From Candidatus Thorarchaeota archaeon (lineage in GTDB: Archaea; Asgardarchaeota; Thorarchaeia; Thorarchaeales; Thorarchaeaceae): a DNA stretch of 64,000 bases. The notes below the pieces were generated by a model, which had not been told where the DNA came from, ran no database searches, and saw nothing but the letters and a program-made list of their open reading frames with translations. Numbering within the stretch: position 1 is the first letter of the stretch; the number at the start of each line of letters is the position of its first letter. Of the stretch, positions 1 to 9,890 are shown one piece after another. The position numbers and the translations under genes are program-made. Location of the stretch: contig JBHLRS010000003.1 of the NCBI GenBank assembly GCA_048882325.1, forward strand, positions 82,279 to 146,278. Direction: 5' to 3'.

Positions 1-726
1 CTACAACATGTTCCTGTAGATCCAAACATGACAATAGTCATCGACCATCATGAACACAATCCTGAAATTGATCAAATCGCTCTGCATCAGTTTGTACATG
101 AAGATCTATCATCCACCTGCGAAATCATCGTGAATGTCTTTTCAGATTTGGGCATTCAGATTGATTCAGGCACTGCTAATTTACTATTAACCGGAATGAT
201 TTTTGACACACGTCGTTTCTTTTATGCTGACTCAAGAACACTATCTGCAGCAATTAGCCTCATCAAGGCAGGTGCCGAGTACGACAAGTGTGTCAAGTCT
301 TTATTGATTCGACCAGACCGGTCAGAGAAAATCGCTCGGTTGAGAGCTGCTGGTCGTGTGAAGGTGCACATCATTGACGAGTGGATTGTAGTAACTTCCA
401 AGATTAATGCGTTTGAAGCAAGTGCATGTCGAGGTCTCATAGAACTAGGTGCAGATGTTGCCATAGTTGGAGGCAGTCCATCAAAAGGCGTGGTTCGATT
501 TAGTTCGCGCAGTACAAGAGACTTTTTTGAGAAGACGGGAGTCAGTCTTGGGTCTGATGTGATGGAGCCACTAGGTCAACTCATTGAAGGTGAAGGTGGC
601 GGACATGCAAATGCCGCTGGAGCAAATGGAAAGACGAACTTGGAGAAAGCAATGGACCATTCGGTGGAGCTCATTAGGAGGTCTGTCGAAGCAAAGTCAA
701 GTTCGGATGAAGGGATCTCAACCTAG
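1..726 (+). CDS. DHH/DHHA1 family phosphoesterase (5' truncated by window edge)
   Basis: Frame open from base 1; IDHH motif, SSTCEI, DT and C-terminal GGGH-x-x-AAG DHHA1 motif. Confidence 0.85.
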   Translation, partial: LQHVPVDPNMTIVIDHHEHNPEIDQIALHQFVHEDLSSTCEIIVNVFSDLGIQIDSGTANLLLTGMIFDTRRFFYADSRTLSAAISLIKAGAEYDKCVKSLLIRPDRSEKIARLRAAGRVKVHIIDEWIVVTSKINAFEASACRGLIELGADVAIVGGSPSKGVVRFSSRSTRDFFEKTGVSLGSDVMEPLGQLIEGEGGGHANAAGANGKTNLEKAMDHSVELIRRSVEAKSSSDEGIST

Positions 727-739
727 GAGGTATCTCAGA

Positions 740-1582
740 GTGCCCTTGATAGAGTTTGCAGATTTTAGCTTCAAGTATTTGGGAGCGGACTCCTTGGCAC
801 TCAGGAAATTGAACTTCAATATCGAGCATGGCGAATATGTTGTCATCACCGGTCCAAGTGGCTGCGGCAAAACCACTCTATGCCGAGCCATCAATGGACT
901 TGTTCCTCAGTTTCATCGTGGATATATTGCAGGGAATGTCATTGTTGATGGAAAAAACACCCGAGAGAACAGTGTTGCTGAGCTTGCCCCAATTGCAGGA
1001 TTGGTATTTCAGCAACCTGAAAATCAATTGGTCACACTAAACGTGGAACGTGAAATCGCTTTTGGTCCTGAGAATCTTGGAGTTGAGCCTGGCGAGGTTC
1101 GTCGAAGAGTTGAGGAACTGATTGAGATGTTGGACCTAGAGCATTTGAGAGAGAAACATCCCCATGAGATGTCAGGGGGTGAACAACAGCGAGTGGCTAT
1201 GGCTGCAACGCTGGCTCTCAAACCTAAAGTGTTAGTTGCTGATGAACCAACATCAAATCTAGACCCACAGAGTGCTGAAATGATTCTTGATTTGATTGCA
1301 GATTTGAACAGACGTGATATGACTGTTATCCTAGTTGAACATCGGTTAGATCTTGTTTCAAAAGATGCATCCAGAATTATTCTAATGGATAGAGGTCAGA
1401 TTGTCGCGGATGGCGTTCCACGGGAAATATTAACCATGGACATCTGTCAAGAGATTGGAGTGGGGATACCTAAGGCAACTCAACTCTACAAGCGATTGAA
1501 TGCCCGTGGATATCGTTTTAATGAAGTACCCCTCACCGGTGCAGAATTTGCAGCAATGATTCAGGAGGTCAAGGGGCGATGA
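740..1582 (+). CDS. ecfA1: ECF transporter ATPase EcfA1
   Basis: GPSGCGKT, FQQPENQ, MSGGEQQR, ADEPTSNLD; GTG start at 740 after GGAGG (726-730). Confidence 0.9.
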   Translation: MPLIEFADFSFKYLGADSLALRKLNFNIEHGEYVVITGPSGCGKTTLCRAINGLVPQFHRGYIAGNVIVDGKNTRENSVAELAPIAGLVFQQPENQLVTLNVEREIAFGPENLGVEPGEVRRRVEELIEMLDLEHLREKHPHEMSGGEQQRVAMAATLALKPKVLVADEPTSNLDPQSAEMILDLIADLNRRDMTVILVEHRLDLVSKDASRIILMDRGQIVADGVPREILTMDICQEIGVGIPKATQLYKRLNARGYRFNEVPLTGAEFAAMIQEVKGR

Positions 1583-2403
1583 TAATCCTCGAAGATGTTC
1601 ATTTCGCGTATGATGGTTTGTATACAGCATTGCGAGGTGTATCGCTCCAGATTGATGATGGTGAAAGAATTGCTATAATGGGTAGTAATGGGGCTGGAAA
1701 GACCACTTTGGTTAAGCATTTGAATGGTCTACTTCGTCCGGACCAGGGAAGGGTCATTCTAGATGGAGTTGACACAAAGCACTACTCTGTCGCTGAACTA
1801 GCTCGAGAGATTGGTCTCGTGATGCAAAATCCTGACCATCAGCTTTTCTTGGACAGCGTCGAACGAGAAATTCTCTTTGGCCTAGAAAATCTTGGGTACT
1901 CGGAGGAGGAGTCCAAGACACGGTGTGAAACTACACTGAACGATCTTGGTCTTGCAGGACTTTCTGAGCGCTCCCCGTTCACACTTTCAGGCGGTGAGCG
2001 AAAGCGCGTAGCGTTGGCTTCAGTCCTAGCTACAGAACCCAGAGTTCTCTCTCTAGATGAACCGACGATAGGTCAGGACGCACGTCAGAAAGAAAATCTT
2101 GCAAAGATGCTCAGTGACCTAAATGATAAGGGCAAAGCAGTGATTGTGGTCACACATGACATCGAGTTTGTAATTGAGAATTTTCCACGCACAATTGCAA
2201 TGGCTAATGGTCAAGTTGTGGCTGATGGTCCAACAAACTCGGTCCTGAGCAATACTGAGGTGATAGAACGATGCTCCCTGACAAGACCTCAGTTAACAAG
2301 TGCGGCTAGCAGTCTTCATGAGATATTCCCAGAGATTCCTGAACGACTAACATTGATGGATGATTTGGAGGAAGTCGTAGTGAAGGTATTGGGAGGTGGA
2401 TGA
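1579..2403 (+). CDS. ecfA2: ECF transporter ATPase EcfA2
   Basis: GSNGAGKT, QNPDHQ, LSGGERKR, LDEPTIGQD; ATGA overlap with previous gene. Confidence 0.9.
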   Translation: MIILEDVHFAYDGLYTALRGVSLQIDDGERIAIMGSNGAGKTTLVKHLNGLLRPDQGRVILDGVDTKHYSVAELAREIGLVMQNPDHQLFLDSVEREILFGLENLGYSEEESKTRCETTLNDLGLAGLSERSPFTLSGGERKRVALASVLATEPRVLSLDEPTIGQDARQKENLAKMLSDLNDKGKAVIVVTHDIEFVIENFPRTIAMANGQVVADGPTNSVLSNTEVIERCSLTRPQLTSAASSLHEIFPEIPERLTLMDDLEEVVVKVLGGG

Positions 2404-3175
2404 GATGGCATTCCTCGAGGTTTTTCAATATACTCGCCAAGATTCGATAATCCATCGACTAGACCCACGAGCAAAGCTGTTCATGTCCATCGTTTTGGCT
2501 GTAGTTTCTTTGCTCTTTCTTTCGATAATTCCACTCTTGTTGATTCTCTGCTGTCTGATACCAATTCTTGGCGCGGCGAAGTCGCTTACACGATGGGGTA
2601 GGAGCATGAAGGGGTTGTCCATTCTACTGATATTCATCATAGTCTTCAACACGTTGCTATCATCTGAACCCAATCCATTCTCTCATTCCGTGGCGCTCAC
2701 ACTGCGACTTGTTGCGCTCATGACTTCTTTCTCCATATTCTTTCTGACAGTTCATCCTGATGAGCTATCTCAGGCATTGATTCAGATGCGGGTCCGATTT
2801 GAATTTGCATTTGCAATGAGTATGGCAATGAGGTACGTTCCTACTCTAGGGCAAGAGGCCTATGCAATAATGGATGCTCAAAAGGCACGAGGAGTGGAGC
2901 TAGATAAGGGAAACCTTCTGAAACGGATTCGTAATATTGTACCTATCATAGTTCCATTGATAATTGTGTCAATCAGACGCGCTTTGTCAATTGCAGAAAG
3001 TATGGAGTCTAGAGGGTTTGGTGCAAGCGACACAAGGACTTACATGAATCCTTTGAAATTCAGAAAACACGACTGGGTGGTAGTAGTTATCTTCCTGCTC
3101 GTTCTTATCTTCGTGGTGTATGTACGTCTATTTGTAACACTGCCTTCTTGGATGCTTTGGCAGATAGCTGTATAG
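2396..3175 (+). CDS. ecfT: ECF transporter transmembrane component T
   Basis: HRLDPR, AQKARG and ESRGF Arg motifs, several hydrophobic helices. Confidence 0.9.
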   Translation: MDEMAFLEVFQYTRQDSIIHRLDPRAKLFMSIVLAVVSLLFLSIIPLLLILCCLIPILGAAKSLTRWGRSMKGLSILLIFIIVFNTLLSSEPNPFSHSVALTLRLVALMTSFSIFFLTVHPDELSQALIQMRVRFEFAFAMSMAMRYVPTLGQEAYAIMDAQKARGVELDKGNLLKRIRNIVPIIVPLIIVSIRRALSIAESMESRGFGASDTRTYMNPLKFRKHDWVVVVIFLLVLIFVVYVRLFVTLPSWMLWQIAV

Positions 3176-3269
3176 AGGATTGACCTTATTCTGCGAGTGA
3201 GAAATATCCCACGATGATTTATACGTATGAATAGTCTATTTCTAGTCGCAATCTGTAGGTGAAGTTCTA

Positions 3270-3842
3270 GTGCCAACCAAGTTACCAAAAAGACAGCTCT
3301 ACACAATAAAGGATCTAATGAACGATCTGAAGAAGCTAGATGCTACGCCTAGTGTACTTTATGATGTGGGGACCGAGCTCATTTATCGAGAGCTTGATTG
3401 GTGTAGAAAGACCCTTGGCGATGACCACCTTGTTACGAAGAATCTGACCGATTTGATGGAGTTCATGCAACGTGATTATGAGAATCTCCTAGTCACCGGA
3501 GAGCTCTGGCAAGCAAAAGACACTCCTAAATCTGCACTCAATGCTTTCTTGAAAGATAGACCTGATGAGTTCTTAAGCCATCCAATTGGACTCTTGAGTG
3601 CTCAGGTTTCGGACTGTCTGAAGAAAGCTGATGATTTACGCCGTCAAGAAAAGAAAAAATACAAGAAACTTGAGAAGCGTGTGCGCGCAGAAATTAAAGC
3701 TGACGAGAAGAATCCAAATCTCTGGAACAACCTCAGAGTCTTATTGTGGATTCTCGGTAAGTATACAGAATCGAGTGAGGCCTTCAAAAAAGCGAAGGAT
3801 CTTGGTTGGTCTATAGAAACGAGTACTCTAGTTGCACTCTGA
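3270..3842 (+). CDS. Hypothetical helical protein with one C-terminal TPR-like repeat
   Basis: NPNLWNNL..LLWILGKYTESSEAFKKAKDLG fits the TPR pattern. Confidence 0.55.
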   Translation: MPTKLPKRQLYTIKDLMNDLKKLDATPSVLYDVGTELIYRELDWCRKTLGDDHLVTKNLTDLMEFMQRDYENLLVTGELWQAKDTPKSALNAFLKDRPDEFLSHPIGLLSAQVSDCLKKADDLRRQEKKKYKKLEKRVRAEIKADEKNPNLWNNLRVLLWILGKYTESSEAFKKAKDLGWSIETSTLVAL

Positions 3843-3918
3843 ACTGTTTTTGACGATAACACATGTTTCGGATAACATGTATAAACAATTGAAAATTGTC
3901 ATCTACTAGGGATGAACC

Positions 3919-4857
3919 ATTTCAGAGCACAAATCAGTATCAGAACCTGAATTACTAGGAGTCATTGATAGCCCCCCTTCAATCCGCTCAATCACTGCTC
4001 TTTCAACTGATGACAGGTGTCTCTACTCAGCAGACGATGATGCTATGATTACCGTTTGGAAGAAATCCAATCTTCGGACCTTTGAACAGTTTCAAAGCAA
4101 AAGCAGTACTTACCTGAAATCACTCCTAGTTGATGATCACTACCTATATGGTGGGACTCTCTGGAATGATTGTAGCATCAAATTATATGACAAATCAAGT
4201 TTGGAACTACTCAATAGTTTTGAGGGATCTCAGGGCACAGTTTTTGCTCTCGTGTCTGACCACAGCAACCTCTTCTGCGGTTCTGGAGATTCAAGAGTGA
4301 CTATTTGGAACAAGGATGACTGGAGTGAATTAGGAAGTTTTAGAGGTCAGAAACACTTCGTTCTCTCACTCTCTATCGATGAGAACTATATCTATGCAGG
4401 AGGAATTGACGATTGCACAAACGTCTTCTCTCGGGATGATCATAGTCAAGTAGTTTCACTAAGAGGGCATGAATCCAATGTTCTTTCGCTGGCTTGTGAC
4501 AAGAGGTTTCTGTATTCAGGTTCTGGCGAACTTTGGTGGGGCGGACCTGGCTCACCGCGACCGCCGCAATTTGAAAGTGCCATTCGAGTTTGGGATAAGA
4601 AAGACTGGAGCTGTGTTGCTATTCTTGAAGGACATACTGACAATGTCAATGCAGTATCTGTAGCCTCCAACTATGTCTTTTCAATCTCTGATGATTCAAC
4701 TCTGCGGATTTATTCCAAAAAGGATTGGAGTGAAACACTCTGCGTACATGTTGATACCAGACGAATCGATGCAATGACATCTGATGATAGGTCAGTCTTC
4801 ATTGGTTGCGCTGATGGAACAATTCGTCAACTATCAAAACATGCTATTATCTCTTAG
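3919..4857 (+). CDS. WD40 repeat beta-propeller protein
   Basis: About 7 repeats of GH...LYSGS.D..IRVWD; the first repeat (SITALSTDDRCLYSADDD) lies upstream of the ORF-track start at 4045, so the start is placed tentatively at ATT 3919. Confidence 0.8.
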   Translation: MSEHKSVSEPELLGVIDSPPSIRSITALSTDDRCLYSADDDAMITVWKKSNLRTFEQFQSKSSTYLKSLLVDDHYLYGGTLWNDCSIKLYDKSSLELLNSFEGSQGTVFALVSDHSNLFCGSGDSRVTIWNKDDWSELGSFRGQKHFVLSLSIDENYIYAGGIDDCTNVFSRDDHSQVVSLRGHESNVLSLACDKRFLYSGSGELWWGGPGSPRPPQFESAIRVWDKKDWSCVAILEGHTDNVNAVSVASNYVFSISDDSTLRIYSKKDWSETLCVHVDTRRIDAMTSDDRSVFIGCADGTIRQLSKHAIIS

Positions 4858-5222
4858 AAACCAACCGGCTCAATTTGTCTTAGAAAAGCTTGGAACTCGA
4901 GTGCTCTACCTTCCGGATCCTGAGCAAAGAACTGGTATATCTCATATTTCTCGACCTCCTGGGGTTCAGAAGTTGCGATGTGACTCAACAAATTATACAT
5001 CGCATCAACATCCTCCTTTGTTGGATAGAAGAATGTAATCATCCCATCTATCTCTGGTGTATCTCTGTGACAGAATCCAAGGAGGAGGTTTCCATGGCTG
5101 AGAATTATGCAATCCTCCTGCTCTAACCAGACATACATGCCAACCTCACTTACATAGAATTCCACTATCTCTTGAAGCATTGTAGTCCTGAAGAACACAA
5201 TCCCTGCCATAACGCTCACCAT
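4854..5222 (-). CDS. VOC/glyoxalase family protein
   Basis: EFY...VG and YQFFAQDPEGRALEF motifs. Confidence 0.85.
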   Translation of the reverse strand: MVSVMAGIVFFRTTMLQEIVEFYVSEVGMYVWLEQEDCIILSHGNLLLGFCHRDTPEIDGMITFFYPTKEDVDAMYNLLSHIATSEPQEVEKYEIYQFFAQDPEGRALEFQAFLRQIEPVGF

Positions 5223-5422
5223 GACACATTGATACAGAAACCCTGATATGTTTTGGGAGATTCCCGTTTTCTAGAAATGTCTCAAATCCGAATTGCTTGT
5301 TTCGGTTTTTAGCTCTCTGTGTTGCCAATCCAGTACATTTCGAACCCGTTGATTTCAGGCAAATAGATAATCAATTCCTCTTTCACATACACACTCGAAA
5401 AGATGCTGGAGGACCAAAAGAG

Positions 5423-5725
5423 GTGTCGATAAGAGCTGGAAGGACTCCCAGAAGCACATTTGAGATTCTCGGTGCTTTAATCACTCATGGACCCATGTGT
5501 CCTAAGGAGCTAAGCAAAAAACTTGACATGGCTCCCCGTACTGTTAGCTTCGCACTTAGGAAACTGCTGAGTGAGAAGATTCTACGCAGAATTCCGAATC
5601 TATACGACATGCGCCGCCCCAAGTATCAGGTGAATATGGAGCAAGCCCGCCATCTGTTGGAGAAGTACAGAGACACTCCCTATGTGTCTGCTCTGTCTCC
5701 TGTTGTATGGAGAAAAATGGCATAG
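5423..5725 (+). CDS. Small winged-helix (MarR/ArsR-like) regulator
   Basis: GPMCPKELSKKLDMAPRTVSFALRKL HTH and wing DMRR; GTG start at 5423 preferred. Confidence 0.75.
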   Translation: MSIRAGRTPRSTFEILGALITHGPMCPKELSKKLDMAPRTVSFALRKLLSEKILRRIPNLYDMRRPKYQVNMEQARHLLEKYRDTPYVSALSPVVWRKMA

Positions 5726-5729
5726 ACTA

Positions 5730-6857
5730 TCATTTTTTCCATTGATCATAAAGTTGGATTGCTCGCTCAATTCTCATGCTGTGCGCAAGCGGCAGAATAT
5801 CAGCTGCGGGTAATGATTCTACATTGAGCGATTGAAGGGACATTGCTTTTGCATCAGTTAGATACTTGACCAAGACAGAATCTTCGACGCTTCCATCAGT
5901 CAAAAGCTGATTCAATGAATTCAAACCAATCAAGGCATCATCAATAAAGAAGGCGAGTGCCAATCCTCTTAGGAATATCGTTTCTGATCCCTGTTCTTCT
6001 GGGTCCACCATTAGACTGATGATTCTGCATATCTTTGATCGAGATTCAGATGTCTGCTCATGGATAGCTTCACCTGATATAAATCGATTAATTTGATCCA
6101 TCAAATCCTGATACAGTTCATCGATATGTTCAACCATCTGAGAGATGGGTTTTGTGATATGTTTTCCTTCGGAAGGAGTCCAATCAATCAAATCCATGTT
6201 AATAGATAGGGTGCTTCCACCATCAAAAACTGCATGATGCTCTTCAGCAGGTTCAGCAAATCCTGCTAGTATGGTGAGAAGATCTCTGCCGCAGCAATTG
6301 CAAATCACACCACCCATCACAGTTCGTTCAATTATTTTGAACGATTCAAGAGCATGTTCCGCATCTCTTGCTCTCCGCATCCTTACTCTGCCATCTCTGA
6401 GAATGTGAACCCTGATTTCTTCCATATTTCCCCAGGCATAAGCAAGTTCCTTGCTACATCGCATGTCTTCATATCTGGATGACACACAATCCAAGAGCCA
6501 ACAGAGTATTGCAGGATCAAGCACTCCATACTTCATCATATCGCCAGGATTTACACCATTGAAGATTCTCATCTCAGCCATAAGGAGATCAGGTGAATCC
6601 ATGCAGGGCTTGGAGAGTAGTACACCGCCCTCGGGTTGCTCTGGAGCTGGTTTCTCTGTGTTCTTAGCTTCTCTAACAAGAGCAATGAGGTCATCTCTCT
6701 GAGAAGCGTGTTTCTCCAGAGCAAGGACTGGACAGGATGACACCTCGGCATTTTCCACGATGACTGCCCTGGCAAAGGCTCCACAAGTTGTATATCCACA
6801 TAAACCGCAATCAATCTCAGGCGTGTTTTTTCTGCTTTTTGTCCAGACACTACTCAT
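5730..6857 (-). CDS. Protein with N-terminal Fe-S cluster (FeS/PF04060-like) domain
   Basis: DCGLCGYTTCGAFA...CP motif plus a later CNCCG. Confidence 0.7.
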   Translation of the reverse strand: MSSVWTKSRKNTPEIDCGLCGYTTCGAFARAVIVENAEVSSCPVLALEKHASQRDDLIALVREAKNTEKPAPEQPEGGVLLSKPCMDSPDLLMAEMRIFNGVNPGDMMKYGVLDPAILCWLLDCVSSRYEDMRCSKELAYAWGNMEEIRVHILRDGRVRMRRARDAEHALESFKIIERTVMGGVICNCCGRDLLTILAGFAEPAEEHHAVFDGGSTLSINMDLIDWTPSEGKHITKPISQMVEHIDELYQDLMDQINRFISGEAIHEQTSESRSKICRIISLMVDPEEQGSETIFLRGLALAFFIDDALIGLNSLNQLLTDGSVEDSVLVKYLTDAKAMSLQSLNVESLPAADILPLAHSMRIERAIQLYDQWKK

Positions 6858-7141
6858 TCGTCACAATCCTCAGTCATCCAATCGTAAGTTCATTTGGAGG
6901 ACCATAGAATCCGTATGTTGTCATTTTCAATGGTCATAAACAACTCAATATGAGAGATTTCTCTGTGTCTAAAAAAAGCAATGTCTTCGGCCAATTCTTG
7001 GAAAACCCATTTCGGAAGCTACTTGTTCGGAAAACTACGCATTAATTGAAAATCGTCGTCAATTTCAGAACAATGCTGTTGACGCTAATAGAAAACAGTA
7101 ACATGTCATTATCTTATTGGCGAATATCTTTGCGACTTGCT

Positions 7142-7390
7142 ATGCGACTACCCAAAAGTGCTCTTCATATACTCACATTTCTCACAAAAAGCGGACCACT
7201 CCCTCCAAGAGTAATAAGTAAGGAAGCTAATGTGCCGCTTCGAACTGTGACCTTTACTTTAGACCGTTTAGTGAACACGGAAATCTGTGAGAGAATTTCA
7301 AACCTTAGTGATATGAGACGTACGCTCTATGTAGTAAATCACGAGAAGGCAAGAGCAGTCTTTGCTAGATATGACATGCTGGTTAAATAA
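7142..7390 (+). CDS. Small winged-helix regulator, paralog of 5423-5725
   Basis: GPLPPRVISKEANVPLRTVTFTL...NLSDMRR; ATG at 7142. Confidence 0.7.
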   Translation: MRLPKSALHILTFLTKSGPLPPRVISKEANVPLRTVTFTLDRLVNTEICERISNLSDMRRTLYVVNHEKARAVFARYDMLVK

Positions 7391-7409
7391 TCGCAAGAGG
7401 TTGTAGATC

Positions 7410-7790
7410 GTGATGAACTACTCTGAATTGAAGTCGAGGTGCAGAGATGCAATGACATGTTCTGCCAGTGAAGAAAATGAGGAAATGTCTTCAGTCCTTT
7501 GTCAAAACGATTGGGTTCGGATACTCACAGTTCGTGATTCTGACACTATTGGTCTATGGAGAATTGAGGTGGAGGTTTCGCTTCCTTTTCAAAAAGATCC
7601 TGTGTCTGGAAAGAATGTAAAACACTTTGTTCAAGACCTCATCACACATCTTGAGTATCTTCTTAGACTTGACAATGAAGGATTGACACTGGGAGTGCTA
7701 TCCCGTGATGGTCTTTGGACTGCATCTCTCGAAATTGATGACCTACCAGAAGACAATCTGTTCAAAGCGCTCATACCTCCTTATGTGTAA
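7410..7790 (+). CDS. Hypothetical protein
   Basis: 126-aa ORF with SD-like GAGGT upstream; no family recognised. Confidence 0.55.
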   Translation: MMNYSELKSRCRDAMTCSASEENEEMSSVLCQNDWVRILTVRDSDTIGLWRIEVEVSLPFQKDPVSGKNVKHFVQDLITHLEYLLRLDNEGLTLGVLSRDGLWTASLEIDDLPEDNLFKALIPPYV

Positions 7791-7864
7791 CTGATTTTTC
7801 CTATCTAGCGAGTTTTTTATGAGGGCTGCATTCATGGAATAGTATATCCATTGGTTGTGTTTCC

Positions 7865-9886
7865 ATGAGTTTCGACATATCAAAAGGGATGACTATCAAG
7901 CTCTCTTCCGGGCTTCCACCAGAACCTGTTTTTGATCCACAATATCGCAGAGCCCCAAATCGAGGGTATGACCTATCACCAGCTGAAACTGTTGTGGCAG
8001 TAAAGAATGCACTTCGATATGTACCTAAGAGTCTTCATGAAACTCTTGCTCCGGAGTTTCTAGAAGAACTTATGACTCGAGGTCGAATCTACGGCTATCG
8101 ATATCGTCCCGCTGGACTAATCAAAGCAAAATCCATCGATGAGTACAAGGGCATACTAGAAGCTCGAGCGCTGCAATTGATGATTGACAACAACCTAGAT
8201 TATGATGTTGCTTTATATCCTTACGAACTTGTGACGTACGGTGAGAGTGGTCAGGTATGTCAGAACTGGATGCAATATCGATTGATTATGAAATATCTTG
8301 AAACGATGACAGACGACCAGACGCTAGTAGTCAGCTCGGGGCATCCCGTAGGTCTATTCCCCTCACATAGGAATGCACCGCGGGCTATATGCACAAATGG
8401 ACTCATGGTTGGGATGTTTGATACACTTGAAGGGTTTCACCATGCTGCAGCTATGGGTGTTGCAAACTATGGTCAGATGACTGCAGGTGGTTGGATGTAC
8501 ATAGGCCCTCAAGGAATAGTCCATGGAACCTACATCACGCTTCTGAATGCAGGACGCATGTATCTAGGAATTCCTGATGGTAGAGATTTAAGTGGAAAAG
8601 TGTTCCTGACATCTGGACTTGGTGGGATGAGTGGCGCCCAGGCTAAGGCTGTGGAAATAGCTGGAGGAATTGGTATCATTGCGGAGGTTGACAAGAGTCG
8701 TATCAACACACGCAGCGAACAAGGTTGGTTAAGTAAATTCTCCTCGGACCTAGATGAGATCTTTAGTTGGGTGGAGGAGTATCGATCAAGCAGTGATCCG
8801 GTTTCTATTGGTTACTATGGTAATGTAGTTGACCTGTGGGAGTATGTGGTGAAGAACGGAATCAAGATTGAACTGGCATCAGATCAAACCTCCTGCCATG
8901 ATGTCTATGGTGGAGGATATACACCACAGGGAGTGTCATTTGAAGAGGGCCGAGAACTGCTTCGAACAGATAGAACACGGTTTGATGAACTTGTCAACCA
9001 GTCCCTCCGCAGGCAGTTCGAACTCATAGAAACAATGACCAAGCAGGGGACCCACTTCTGGGACTATGGGAACAGCTTCATGAAGGCTGTCTTCGATGCT
9101 GGTGTGAAAAGAATCGCAAAGAATGGAGAAACCACATCTGATGGATTCATCTTTCCATCCTATGTTGAGGATATCATGGGACCACTTTGCTTTGACTTTG
9201 GCTATGGCCCCTTCAGGTGGGTATGCCTTAGTGGGAATCACGAGGATCTAGTGGCAACTGACAAGATGGCAATGTCACGAATCAATCCCGACCGCCGAGG
9301 TCAAGACAGAGATAACTACATCTGGATTAGGGATGCTGAGAAGAACGAGTTAGTGGTCGGCTCTCAAGCCCGTATTCTATATGCAGATGCCTTAGGTCGG
9401 GTAGATATCGCACTGTCGTTCAACAAGTTGGTCAGAGAGAAGAAGGTTGGTCCCATTATGTTGGGCAGAGACCATCATGACACAGGAGGTACCGACTCAC
9501 CCTTCAGAGAGACCGCCAACATTCGAGATGGTAGTAACGTCATGAGCGACATGGCCCATCAATCTTGGGCTGGGAATGCTGCTCGTGGGATGACACTTTG
9601 TGTTCTGTCAAATGGCGGTGGTGTCGGAACAGGGAAAGCAATCAATGGTGGATTTGGTCTGGTGCTTGATGGTAGCGAGCGAGTCGATAAGATCATCCAG
9701 TCTGCTCTTGATTGGGATGTGATGGGAGGCGTCGCACGTCGTGCGTGGGCTAGGAATGAAAATGCAATTGAAACTGCCATAGATTGGAACAAACGCCTTG
9801 GGCCGAACGGGCAAATCTCGCTTCCCTTTCTCTCAGAGAAGGGTTTAGTAGAGCGTCTAGTTGAGGAAGCACTCAAAGAGGTATGA
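7865..9886 (+). CDS. hutU: Urocanate hydratase (long type, 673 aa)
   Basis: NNLD..VA..PYELVTYG, YGQMTAGGWMYIGPQGIVHGT, GLGGMSGAQ, DQTSCH, GRDHHD. Confidence 0.97.
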   Translation: MSFDISKGMTIKLSSGLPPEPVFDPQYRRAPNRGYDLSPAETVVAVKNALRYVPKSLHETLAPEFLEELMTRGRIYGYRYRPAGLIKAKSIDEYKGILEARALQLMIDNNLDYDVALYPYELVTYGESGQVCQNWMQYRLIMKYLETMTDDQTLVVSSGHPVGLFPSHRNAPRAICTNGLMVGMFDTLEGFHHAAAMGVANYGQMTAGGWMYIGPQGIVHGTYITLLNAGRMYLGIPDGRDLSGKVFLTSGLGGMSGAQAKAVEIAGGIGIIAEVDKSRINTRSEQGWLSKFSSDLDEIFSWVEEYRSSSDPVSIGYYGNVVDLWEYVVKNGIKIELASDQTSCHDVYGGGYTPQGVSFEEGRELLRTDRTRFDELVNQSLRRQFELIETMTKQGTHFWDYGNSFMKAVFDAGVKRIAKNGETTSDGFIFPSYVEDIMGPLCFDFGYGPFRWVCLSGNHEDLVATDKMAMSRINPDRRGQDRDNYIWIRDAEKNELVVGSQARILYADALGRVDIALSFNKLVREKKVGPIMLGRDHHDTGGTDSPFRETANIRDGSNVMSDMAHQSWAGNAARGMTLCVLSNGGGVGTGKAINGGFGLVLDGSERVDKIIQSALDWDVMGGVARRAWARNENAIETAIDWNKRLGPNGQISLPFLSEKGLVERLVEEALKEV

Positions 9887-9890
9887 TATT

